From NCBI RefSeq assembly GCF_009914755.1, contig NC_060929.1: DNA of 64,000 nucleotides; one strand, written 5' to 3'. The DNA is from the human T2T-CHM13v2.0 reference genome, Homo sapiens. Both the position numbers and the translations under genes were made by a program. The notes beneath the pieces were generated by a model. It was not told the origin of the DNA. It saw only the letters and a list, made by a program, of their open reading frames with translations, and did not search any database. Positions 41,944 through 54,619 of the stretch are shown here, one piece after another (the stretch's first letter is position 1; the number at the start of each line of letters is the position of its first letter).

Positions 41944-43961
41944 TCAATGTAAGTAATCACATTGACAATTAAAAATAAAAATATTTTGATAAAATTCAAC
42001 ATCCATTCATTATAAAAACTCTTAGCAAACTGGAAATAAAAGAGTCTTCTATCATCCAAAAATTTTAAAAATTACCAAAACTACTAAAAGATAAGCAAGT
42101 TTAGCAAGAAAATGGATATAATAAGATCAACATAAACAATTCAACTGTATTTTTGAATACCAATAACAAAGATAAAAGATAAAATTACAAAAAAAATGTC
42201 ATTTTCCAATAGATCAAAAAATATCAAATAGTTGGGCATATATCTAACCAAAAAAGGGGCAAGATTTCCACACAGAAATATTAGTGAGATAAAATATAAA
42301 AGGAAAGTACTAAATAAATGCACATATATATCATGTTTATTACTTGAAATATTCAATATAGTAAAGATGTCAATTCTCTCTAAATTGATATATAGATTCA
42401 ATGCAATAACAATCAAAATCTCAACAAGACTTTTTTTGGTTGGGTTTTACCGGTTCAATTCCAGAATTTCTATGGAAATATAAAGAGTAAGAATAGTCAA
42501 TACACTTGGAAGAATAAGATGGGAGGACTTGTTCTATTGGGCATCAACACTTACTATAAAGTTACAACAGTGAAGACAAGGTAATACAGCAAAATGTTAG
42601 ACAAATTGCTAAAGGGATGGGATAAGGAGCTCTGAAACAGATCCAAACATATATGGACACGATGTACAACAAAAGAGGTACTGCAGAGTAGTGAGGAAAA
42701 GAAAATCTTTAGGAAAAATGATTGTAGACCAGAAAATGATTACATGGTTGATTGTTTTTTTATTTATTCAACTATATACTTTGCTCTATGCGCTTTTGTG
42801 TTCTATGTTATTACTATATAAAAACAATTTTCAAAAATATGAGTATCATGCTTGGTCCTTTTCTCTTCTGCCAGGATGTCCAGCCTTTCCAGCTCTGTAA
42901 CTTCATCCATGCCTGAAATGTGATTCCTCTGACTAAAATGACCTTTGTAACATTATCTACTTACTTAATTTTTAAAAATGATCAAATTAAAATATATTAC
43001 AATACTTACAGTATGATCCCAATTCTGTGTTCAAATTATACTGAATCTGTGCATCTTTGCATATGCTTGCTTTAAACTGTGTGTATGTATACATACATAT
43101 TCACATACACCCAAACACACATATGGTTGTGTGCTTTCCTATGCAATACAATTCATGAGAGCACTGTTTGTCTTAGATGTCTTTTTATACTTTTAAATAA
43201 ATAAATGTATGTAAGTATGTGTGTTTAAACGCCAAATAGCAGAGTTATACATTTTTTGCTAGTAGATCAGTCAGCTTAGGAGACTAAGTTCTGTCATTGG
43301 CTCTCAGCCAAGAAATACAAAATTATTCAACTTACTAAGTTTTCCTCAGTCTGAATGGCAGCTTGACAAGGTGTTTATACTGTTTGCCAAAATGTTGTTT
43401 TCTAGCAAACAGTTTTCATGCATAACAAAGACATAAAAGTGACAGTGGCTAGACCTGTTAGAAAAAAAATATATGATAGATGTTTTGGCTAAAAGTACTT
43501 TCAAGAAATGACCACAGAAAAAGAGGATACAAATAGCAGGCAATTAGGAATTGGTGAAAATCCTTTGGCATTAAGAAGGCACCATAAATACCCTTGCAGC
43601 CTGGGAGGAGGACTGACTTACAATTGGATGAACTGAAATAAATGCTGGCTAAAGGCGTATCATGACTTTAGGAGATTTTTTTTTAGGAGACAAGCTCATC
43701 CCCATCTGAGATGATGGATACAGACTCAATTCAGTCTGTGAGTTGTTTCCAAACAGCACTCCCTTCTCTAGGTTTGTAGCACCCCTGACTCTGCACACTA
43801 TTCTGACATGATTCCAATAGAGGCTGGGCCACAAGAACTAATATGAGTGATAGATATCAAACTGGGCTTGGTACAGTCATTCCCTCTGTTGACCAAAGTT
43901 TGCTTACTGGGTCAAGCGAATAGTACCTGGGCCATAATAGGTACTCAATAAGCACAGGGTA

Positions 43962-44016
43962 AATGGACAGATGGACAGACAGATGGATCAATCAATCAAT
44001 CAATCAGTCAATCAAT
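43962..44016 (+). repeat. Compound tetranucleotide repeat (GGAC/AGAT then ATCA)
   Basis: atggacagatggacagacagatggatcaatcaatcaatcaatcagtcaatcaatc. Confidence 0.85.
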
Positions 44017-44019
44017 CTT

Positions 44020-45260
44020 TCCTCCTCAATCTTCTCTGCCTTGGTCAATGATACTAATATCCTCTCTACCGATTACGACGGAAACCTACAAATTATTCTC
44101 ATATTCTTTCACCCATTCAAACAAACCCTCCCCACAACTCCACCCACTAAACTTTAAGTCCTGCTAATAGATATGTTTAGTCTGCCTCCTAAACATATCT
44201 GTCTCTTTTCCCATTCTCTCCATTCCCTGCCTATGCTTTAGTTCAAGACCTATATTATTCCTCCTTAGAGGATTACAAATTCCCATAATATCCAACTAGT
44301 TTCATTGCCTCCAGTCTCTTTCCCTTTACATCATTTCTAGATAGATCTTTCTGCAATGGAAAACTGATCCTGTTTTTCTCTTGCTTAAAGATCCCTTTGA
44401 TAATACCCTAATGCCTTCAAGAAAAACTCTATCTTATTAGAATAACATTCTAGGCCCTTTATGATCCAATCTCTCCTTTTATCCATAAAATTTGCTCCTA
44501 CCATGTTACTCTTGAGAGTTCTAATATCCACCTATTTACGGTTTTCCCAAATGTCATGTTGTTGCCTCCATGCTCCATCTTAGAATGTACCCTTGCCCAA
44601 CCATCTACATGAATAGCTCCTCTTTATGATTCAAGACACTACTCAAGGATTGCATTTCCTTTTATCTCCAAGTTGAATTAAGTACTCATCCTCTGTATAT
44701 CCATAATATCTGGTTCACATCTCTTATAATATGTATTGCCCAGCACTCTTAATTTGTCTTACTTGCTGACCTGGAAGGTAGCTTGCACCTCATTTTCCCA
44801 GACTTCTCCATCATGGTAAAAGGCATTATCATTTGTCCTGTTATTACCCAAAACCTGGGGTATCCTTGATACCTTCCTCTTACTCTCCTATTCCTGCACT
44901 TCCAAGTGATCACCAAGTCCTGTGTATCTAACTCTAACAGATAATCTCAAATTGTTTCAAGTTTCCTCTCTACCACATTTTCATTCTAGATCAATGTCTC
45001 TATCCTGGTCTTCTGCACTGCCTCCTAATTGGTCCCCTACTCTCAATCAGTCTAATCCATTCTCCACTCAACAGCCAGGATGATCTTTCAAAACATCTGA
45101 TTTGAGTTACTCCCATTTATAACCCTGCATTGGCTTCCTACTGTGCTTGATATAAAAATTTCTTGATATGACAAATAATACCCTGCATAGCCTGGCTCCT
45201 TCAGCTTCAACCTCATCTCATGCTTTTCTCCACTTTGTTCCTCCAGCTCCCTGCACATGG
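44020..45260 (+). mobile_element. L2 fragments
   Basis: Pyrimidine-rich L2 motifs, e.g. ccattctccactcaacagccaggatgatctttcaaaa. Confidence 0.75.
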
Positions 45261-45273
45261 GTCTTTATGGGTC

Positions 45274-46036
<763 letters not shown>

Positions 46037-46489
46037 GACCTTTTTGTCAGTTTCTCAAACTGGCTTAGCTTTCTCTTGTCATGCAATCTATGGAGATATT
46101 TTCTGGCATATTTGAAGTATGAGTTATATGACTATATTTTATTATCATAAGAGATCTTGTACAATCATAAGCTAGTCAAAATTCCATTGGAGGTAAAAAT
46201 AAAAATATCCAAAAACTGGGGAATGATAATATTAACTATGTCACATTATTCATATGATCGAATCCTATTAAACCATTAAAAATGTTTATGAATGTTATGA
46301 ACAATTTTAATGACATGAGAAAAACGCTTCTCATGACACGAAAATGAAATGTAATTAAAGAAAAGGAACTGACTGTAAAATAGTATACAGAATATGATCT
46401 CAGCTTTGTTAAACAAAATGCAGAGAAAATAGATTAGAAAGAAGTACTGTCGTCTCTTGGTATACTTAAGGGTAGGGAAGACTGATTCC

Positions 46490-46700
46490 AGGGGTTCCAG
46501 GACCCCTGCATATACCAAAATCCAAGAATACTCAAGTCCCACAGTCAGCCTGCAGAGCCTGCGTATACAAAAAGTCAGCCCTCCGTATGTGTGGGTTTTG
46601 CATCCTGGAATACCGCATTTTTGATCCATGTTTTGTTGGAGAAAATCCACATATGAGGGGACCCACATAATACAAACCCATGTTGTTCATGGGCCAAGTG
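46490..46700. mobile_element. MER8 (TcMar-Tigger) DNA transposon
   Basis: ggttccaggacccctgcatataccaaaatcc...aaacccatgttgttcatgggccaagtg. Confidence 0.8.
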
Positions 46701-47727
46701 AATACCAAAAAGGTAACATTGATCCTCTGTGAATGGTATATGCATAAGAATATATAAATGTGTATATATATGTATTCCTTCATATATATGTGAAGAACTC
46801 ACGTGTTCTTCACATGTACACATATATACACATACATGTTCACCTTTTGAACAATGATCACACAGTCTGAAAAAATAGTTTTTTAGTAAATAAAAATTCA
46901 TTTTCTAGGCTTTATATTTTTATAAATATCAATTAGGTCAATAATTGTCAACAATTATGTCAATTATGTTGATTTGATTTCCATCTAAATAGTATCTTCC
47001 TTATATATATCTTTTCCAACACCTTTGGTAAGTGTCTTCCTTACATGCTCTATCTCTACGTTCCAAATGAGTTTAGCCTATCTCCAGGTTTAGCTCTATT
47101 TCATCTGTTTTTTATTTATATGCAAATATTCCAAGAGCATGGGTTTGCTAACTCTAAACCAAACAGGGCTTCTCCAACACTCTTCTTAAGTACCAAAGGA
47201 CAGAACATTCATCTTCATCGTACCTAAAACAGGTCCTTGAGCAAGTAAATGTTTAAAAAAATGCTTCTATCCGATCTTCACCTGGGCACTGCTTTTTCAT
47301 CTTGTGGACCCTATCTCTTCACTCAGTTGCTAGGAAGCTCCACGTTAATGAGTGCTCTGGCCAACAGACAGAAGCTTATGGCAAGTGTTTTGATACTATT
47401 AATAACTTCACTCCTAGTTTCTGCTTAACCCCCCTACTCTTCTCTCTGTTCGATATTCCAAATCTACTTATTATTTAATTTAATTTAATCTTATATTGGA
47501 AATATTTATTAAAGTATCTTAAATCCTAATTCTGAAATAAGAAGGAATTTTCTTCTTTTCTTTTACAAGAAGGGGTGATAGTACATACGCTACTGATAAC
47601 AGAACCAGTTCCTTGAGATTAAAATGAGAAATAAGGATTATAAATTAAACAATCTTTTAGTTGCTACACCTCTTCATAAAGATGAAAATATTGTTTTTCA
47701 TTTCTACATAGTCCTCAAAAGAGAACT

Positions 47728-47863
47728 GGAGCCAGATGCAGTGGTATGTGCCTCTAGGCCCAGCTATTTGGGAGGTTGAGGTGGGAAAATTGCTTGAGCC
47801 TGTGAGTTTAAGACCAGCCTGGGCAACATAGCAAGACCTTGTCTCAAAAAAAAAAAAAAAAAA
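47728..47863 (+). mobile_element. Monomeric Alu (FLAM-like)
   Basis: Single ~120-bp arm plus A tail. Confidence 0.85.
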
Positions 47864-48449
47864 GTTCAATTTATATAATATCTTATAAAATCTTCACAAC
47901 TCTGACATTGGCTTAGTCACTGCAGAACTTAGAAACTTGTATATTATTCTCTGAACAAGTGTCTTTATTTTTCTTCTTCCCATAAACTACCTGCTGCTGG
48001 TACCATTCAAAGAGTCTCCAAATGTTAGATTATTGCTTCCTATTTCCTATTGCCCCTATTGGTGGGGGGAGGGGGGCAAAGTAACTGCCCCCCACCAAAT
48101 ATTATTACATATTCTTTTTAGTGAACTGGATATTTTTCTTCCATTTTCTGTATCTAAAAATGAAAACTGATGGTAAAGGGCAAATCTCCAAATCAGGAAG
48201 AGATTTTATAAAAACATAGAACTTAAAGGCAAACTGTCCATCTTATCAAAATTAGGCTCAAAAGAAAAATGGTTGTGCATTTTTAATATTAGGGAACTCA
48301 AGCAACCAACAATGTTTTAAAGGTTCCATAAGCTTCATGGAATACTAGAGAGTAGCATTCAGTATTTAATAGCAACCTACCGCACAGGCCCAGCAGCAAA
48401 AGAGATCTTGCTGCAATAGCACAGTAACCCCTGAGGCAGCATGCTAACA

Positions 48450-49600
48450 GAGAAGTGAGGGAGTACAGTGTGCAATGGTCTAGCAGACACCAGCTGCAGG
48501 CAAAGGCAACAGCAGCACAATCAGTGTTACTACAGTGGAGTGGATGAGAGGGAAGTCAGGAGATGAGTTCAGAGAACTAGTCAGGGACTAGATCACACAG
48601 GGCTTTAAAGCCATTGTAAGCCTGTTTTTCTTTTCTTTTTTTTTTCTTTCTTTTTTTTTGTGATTCTGATAAGAAGCCACCAGAAGGTTTTGAAGGGAAA
48701 TGAAAGTTCTGAGTATGTATGACAAAAATCACTGCTATTTGGAAAAGACTGTAGAGGAGCAAGGGCAGAGGCAGAGACTTCTCAATCATGTAGGTAGGAG
48801 AGGACTGTGGCTTAGCTTAGAGAGGGAGAGAGAGGTGGGCAGATCTGGGTAGAGTCAACAGATTTTGTTGGATGCTTGGATGCGGAGTCTGACCTAAAAA
48901 GAGAAGTCAAGAGTAAATTCCTAGAATTCCGGCCTACTTGAATGGCAGTAACTGAGGCTGTTTATTGAGATAAGGGAGGGAGCTGAGGGGAAACAGAGGG
49001 AGAACTTGGTGAATCTGGCATCAGTAGTTCTATCTGTCCATACTAAATTTAAATGCCTATCAGACTTCCAAGTGGAGATGCTGAGTAAACAGCTGGACAT
49101 ACACATACATCTGGAGCTCAGAAGCGAACTAAAGCTAGGAATAAAATTTTGGAAGTCATCAGCTGATAGATATTATTTATAGCCAAGGAATATGGCTTGG
49201 GATACAAATTGTCCTGGGGGAAAGTATGGCTAGAAAAATATGGCCAAGAAATGAACTCTGTGGCATACTAAGATTTAGTGGTGGGGAAGCCTGGAGACAC
49301 AATGAAGCAGAATGAAATGCAGAATATGGTGACCTGGAAGCCAAGTGAAGAAGAAAGAATATTAGTGAAGAACATTAGTGAAGAAAAAAGAATATTGAGG
49401 AGGGAGTGATCAAATGTTACTGAGGGGTCAGGAAAGATGAGAACTGTGCACAGACACTGGATTTCACAAGACAGTCATTGGCAACATCAGGACCATGCAG
49501 GGGGTAATGGGGACAAAAAGCCTCAGATGAGAGGGGGTAGGAAGAAACAGGGAAAATGAAAATGGAGACTTAGATTAAATCTTTCAAAGAGGATTTTTGT
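48450..49600 (-). mobile_element. L2 fragments
   Basis: aagccaccagaaggttttg...caagtggagatgctgagtaaacagctgg...tggaagccaagtgaaga. Confidence 0.8.
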
Positions 49601-49951
49601 TTGTTATAAAAAGAAGCAAAGTAGGGGAGCGGGACCTAGAATGGGATGTGTGGTCTAGGGGGGATTAAAGACAGAAGATTTAACAGCAGATATTTGTTAA
49701 ATGAATACATTTTAAGAATAGCATAAGGAACAAATGACTCAACACAGATGCCCATGATTCAACAGTGTAAACATGGTTTATACTTCAAGTTCCATACGGT
49801 AAGGCGTACATGTCACATTTACTTTGCTTCAAATGTAGGTGTCAATATTCTATACCTGCTTATCTATTTTCTGATTTGAATGAGATATAAAGTGGAGTTG
49901 CTTAACTCCATTTATAACCATCCTACTACTTCAAAATATTAAAATGTAAGG

Positions 49952-50068
49952 ATTGATGGGCTGATAGGTGCAGCAAACCACCATGGCACACGTTTATCTA
50001 TGTAACAAACCTGCAAGTCCTGCACATGTATCCCAGAACATAAAATTAAATTAAACAATAAAAAAATA
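49952..50068 (+). mobile_element. L1PA 3' terminal fragment
   Basis: ataggtgcagcaaaccaccatggcacacgttta...gcacatgtatcccagaac followed by A-rich tail. Confidence 0.9.
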
Positions 50069-50780
50069 GAAATACAGATTCTGGAAATCAAGCTTACCAA
50101 ATTAAACCTTCAGAGGTGGGGGGATGCATTTTAAACAAAAGTCCCAAATGCGTCTTACCATCAGGCTTGTTTGAAAAACACTAATCTAAGGAATACTAAA
50201 CACTTGGAGAAGGACAAGTTCTTCTCCTGTGTAGACGTGCAATGTGGGTTCAGGGGATGACACTTCAACTCTATATAATGGTGTATTTTTACCTCCAGAT
50301 CATATAGCCTTTCCCACCCTTGCTTTTCAAAATTAAAAGGATAAATTAAAAAATAATAATAAATATGAGAATATTTTAAAATACTTTCTTTAAGAAGTTT
50401 ACTACCGTGGAAAGCTGGAGAGGTCCTAATACACTGAAAACTAGCTCACAGCTGCCAGTCAAATTATTTTTATCCAAATTAGCTTTGCACAAAAAGCCAA
50501 GTAGGAAAACCCATGCCAAAACCTCCAGCACTGGCTCTGTGTGCCTGGCAGGGGCTCATGCAGAGCCTTTAGAGCATTTAAGACTCTGGGCTATTTGCTT
50601 ATGGTTCTGAGGTGTCTTTTCGAAAATGGGTTTTCTAGTCAAAATGAAACAAAAAGGCAGACAGCTGTGTGGATTTTCCCTTCAGAGTAAGCCAAGTGAC
50701 GGAAAGGCCTGCCCGCCCCGCTGGGGACAACAGCGCCAGCACCCGCGCCGTCGGGTCGGGTAGGCTGGGGAGGTAGCGCA

Positions 50781-50862
50781 GGCGGCCTGGCCCCCAGACC
50801 ACCCCGCGCCCCTGGCGGCCTGGCCCCAGCCCACCCCGCGCCCCCGGCGGCGGCCCCCGCCC
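50781..50862. repeat. GC-rich 32-33 bp tandem repeat (2 copies plus a partial third)
   Basis: ggcggcctggcccccagaccaccccgcgcccct / ggcggcctggccccagcccaccccgcgccccc / ggcggcggcccccgccc. Confidence 0.85.
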
Positions 50863-50879
50863 TAGCGCCCGGTACTTGC

Positions 50880-51261
50880 CTGCAGGCGAGCGCCACCACA
50901 GTCAGCCCGCGGCTTTTCTGTCTTCCTTTCTGGCCCAGCGAGAGCGCCCAGGGGGTGGGCGTCTTGCCCCGGGCGTCGAGAGTTTGGGGCCGTCCCGTAC
51001 GCGGCGCGCCGCAACCCAGTCCCCGCGACCACAGCAGCCTGCTCCCCACCGCGCTTGCAGAGCCCGGACGCGCGTGAGTCGGGGGCCCGCAGAGGCCTCA
51101 CCCTTGGAGGTCGCCGCTTGTCAGGCCTGACTGCTGTTGGCGCCCACCCCGCCGCCCCCGAGGGGCCGCTCGAGGCCGGACTGCTGCTTTGCCGTGGCAG
51201 GCCCCACCCGGGACGTGGCGCTGCGGGCCGGGGCGGTCCAGCTGTGAGTCAGGGGTTAATG
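50880..51261 (-). other. TICAM2: TICAM2 non-coding exon 1 (TSS approximate)
   Basis: Only CpG island upstream of the CDS; ends in donor CAG|GCAAGT; no ATG on the minus strand in this interval. Confidence 0.75.
50900..51250 (+). ncRNA. Candidate 5' exon(s) of an antisense lncRNA (TICAM2-AS1 from recalled annotation)
   Basis: Plus-strand GTGAGT donors at 51074 and 51244 inside the island. Exon structure cannot be derived from sequence. Confidence 0.35.
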
Positions 51262-52319
51262 TGGCGGGATAACTCTCTGCAGAGGGAAGGAGCTCGCAAA
51301 GAAGGGTGGAGGAGGGGAAACCGCAATGGGGAACTGTCACCGAGGCTAGTGGACTCTCCCTGCGCTTTTTTTTTTTTTTTTTTTTTTGGCATGTACCCCA
51401 AAAGCCAGAGGTCGAGGCCCAGAAAAATCTGGAAAGGAATTCCACCGTGTTTGCTCCTTACAGACCAGACAAACCGTAGATCTTTCAGAGGTACAGCGAC
51501 TCTCCTGGTTCCCTAAGATAGTCTCGACTTTTCCTTTCCCTTTGCGGCCCTCTCACTTGACTACTGCAGCCAACCATACCCCTGATTAGGGGGTGCAGCA
51601 CATCAGCCTCTGCCCCCAAAAACTACCCTGCGAAAGATCCTTTTTCTCAGGTTCGTTCTCCACAACCGAACAGATTGGAACTCCACTGAATAAGAGAGAA
51701 CAAAAAAGCAATTAGTTAAATGAAGCGTAAAGAAGCCTTATAAAGCCCCATTGCTGCCTCAGGCACCCAATCTAGTCATAACCTAAGAGGTCCAGTTCAG
51801 AAATCTCCCCTCCCCTTTTAATTCTCAGGCAATCCCTACTCCCTGCCAAAGGAGAACCCAGTTACTGAACATCGGATGAGACCATGGATAGTAAATTGGG
51901 AGTGAAGGTCCATACCTGGGTCTCAGAAGCACAGTACAGGTAAAGCTAAGAGTTATTTCCTCCTTCTCTTTCCCCATCCAACAACAGGATGCCTTACTGA
52001 AGGTAGGCACTTCAGGTAGTAATTACTTAGTGAAATGCCGCCAATGTAGTCAGAAATACCGTATTATGTACCGTGTCAACACAATTCATTATTCACGGAG
52101 TTGATTCTCCAACCACTGCACCTCCCAACAATTCTACCTGAACTCTTTGGGTAAGCAGTGGCCTCCTAAATCCAACTGATACTTTTGTTGCCCTCATTTT
52201 TCCTGGGAGTCTCTTTGGCGATTGACAAAGTCGACCATTGTTTCCCAACACTCTGTTTCCTTGATGTTGACAACCCCACTTTGCCTTTATGCTCATCCTG
52301 CTTGTTAAAATTCTTTCAG

Positions 52320-52709
<390 letters not shown>

Positions 52710-53059
52710 CTATTCATCACTTAGGTTGCATACATAAAAGAGCCTGAAGTCACTAGTGTCATGGGCAAATTTACTTGAACTGTTCCATCTTCTTGTAAAT
52801 TGCTCCAAATTTTGCATTGTTCTTCATAATACAGTCACATGTACTAAAAAAAATCTTAAATTGGTTACAAGTTTAATTGCTTAACATTTTCTCTCCAAAT
52901 GTTCAAGAAAATGCATCAATCACTTACGCCACATATGTTTAGAATATATTCTATGTGCTAGACATTAGGGATATTGTGCGAACAGGAGACACAGTCCTAG
53001 TTCTCATGGAGATTTTATAGTCTAATCTGGGAGACAGACAGATATGTAAAGAAGTGAGA

Positions 53060-54560
53060 CAATTTCAGATCCGTGCATTGCTAATGGGGACAGCGAATCT
53101 TCCTAGTGGGCAATTTCTAGCTACATACCTGGTTATTCACATTCAAGAAAGGAGGGGACGACATGACAAACTGATAAATATACTGACTTACAGGCAGTGT
53201 CTAATGGATTGTCCAGCTTTTAGGTTCTTGGAAAGAACAAAATGGAAAATTTGTAAAAGATCTGTCCGTGAGACTTACAGATAACCCTCTTGGAGTGGTG
53301 AGGGCATGTGAAGATATTCATATCCCCCATAAGTGCCTAACAGGATGCATCAGGTGGAGAAGATTTTCAATAATAAGCGGAACAAGATGAATTGTCTGGT
53401 AGATGTCAGTCTTTTTCTCCAGCCAACCCAGGGCTTGGTTAATGGGCCCATGTACCAAGTGGCTATCAAAGCAGTGACAGAGGTTCAATAGTATGGTCTT
53501 CTCCTTACCTACATTATTTGGCTACTATCATTGCCGAATGCCCAACCTGGCAACAACGTGGAGTGTGACTACATTTCCAAGGCTGGGTTCCTAATATGGC
53601 ATTACTGTCAATGAGACTTGCTGGCAACCCGGTAACATGATGGTTACATTGGGCAATTTCCATAAGAAATAGGTAGCACTTTGTCTTCACAAAGATAATT
53701 CACATTCAAGGTATAAATCTGCATTCTCTGCCTGCAGTGTTTCCACTGGCACTAATATTCTTGACATTTCTGAAGGTTTTATCCATTGCATAGGAATCCC
53801 AAAAACATTTCTTCCAACCAGGTACACAGTTTATGGCAATGGAAGTGAATTCAATGGTTTTAACACATGCTTATCTCCTAAAGTAACTAGCTTGATAGAA
53901 CAGCTGAGTGGCAAAATGAGAGCTCGGTTACAGAGATATCTGGGAGGCAACATCATGAAAAGGTAGGGTGGTGTCCTATAGAATGTGGTACATTAATTTA
54001 ATAAGCAGTCAATATATGGAGCTGTCTCCCCACTATCAGGATGCACAGGTCTCAGAGCCAAAGGGTAGAAGGAGTGTTTCTGTTCAATAGTATACCTAAG
54101 AATCTACGTGAATAATTTTTGCTTCCCATTCCCAAAATGTTGGGCTTGGTGGGTTTAGAAATTCTAGAGTCCAAGAGTAGAACACTTCCTTCAGGAAAAA
54201 TAATCATGTTTTGATGATTTAGGAGCCGAGACTGGCCCTGGCCTTTTGAGGTTCCTCATGCCATTAAAGTAACAGAAAAGCAGCTCAATGGACTGGCCAG
54301 GGTAGCTAATTCCAGTTATCAGAGGAAAACTGTGTTTCTGTTTTACAATGGAAACAAGAAGGCTATATAGGCTATATATGGAAACGAGGAAATTCACTGG
54401 AATGCCTCTTAGTGCTAACAGTCCTAGTCAGTGGAAAACTGCAGCAACCCAGTAAAGACAGGCCTATCAACGGCTCAATTCTGTAGAAATGAAGGTTTAG
54501 GTCACTTCATTAGACAAAGAATCCCATCTAGTCAAAATCCTGGAGGAAGGTAAGAAGAAG
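53060..54560 (+). mobile_element. Degenerate ERVL internal region (RNase H/integrase remnant)
   Basis: ERVL pol-like stretches aatgggcccatg, gccgaatgcccaacctggcaacaac (decayed CxxC zinc finger), gcttgatagaac; no open frame. Confidence 0.7.
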
Positions 54561-54619
54561 GATTACTAAGCTTGATTATGGTACTTTATTCCCCCAGAAA
54601 TAAAACCAAAAGATGGTTT

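Larger units (their letters stand above)
39775..42720 (+). mobile_element. Old fragmented L1 (5' end, ORF1 and ORF2 remnants) with nested insertions
   Basis: A-rich L1 motifs: ttggagtccca (ORF1-like), atgaggccagcataacc, ttgataaaattcaacatccattcat, atagattcaatgcaat (ORF2-like). Confidence 0.85.
50690..51330. promoter_or_regulatory. CpG island, probable bidirectional promoter of TICAM2
   Basis: Very high GC and CpG density against AT-rich flanks; GC boxes; TGAGTCA at 51245-51251; kB-like GGATTTTCCC at 50671-50680. Confidence 0.9.

Noticed and set aside
50639-51589. Overlapping Arg/Gly/Ala/Pro-rich ORFs on both strands
   Set aside because: Caused by stop-codon scarcity in the CpG island; the starts are GTG/TTG or lie outside the predicted exon.
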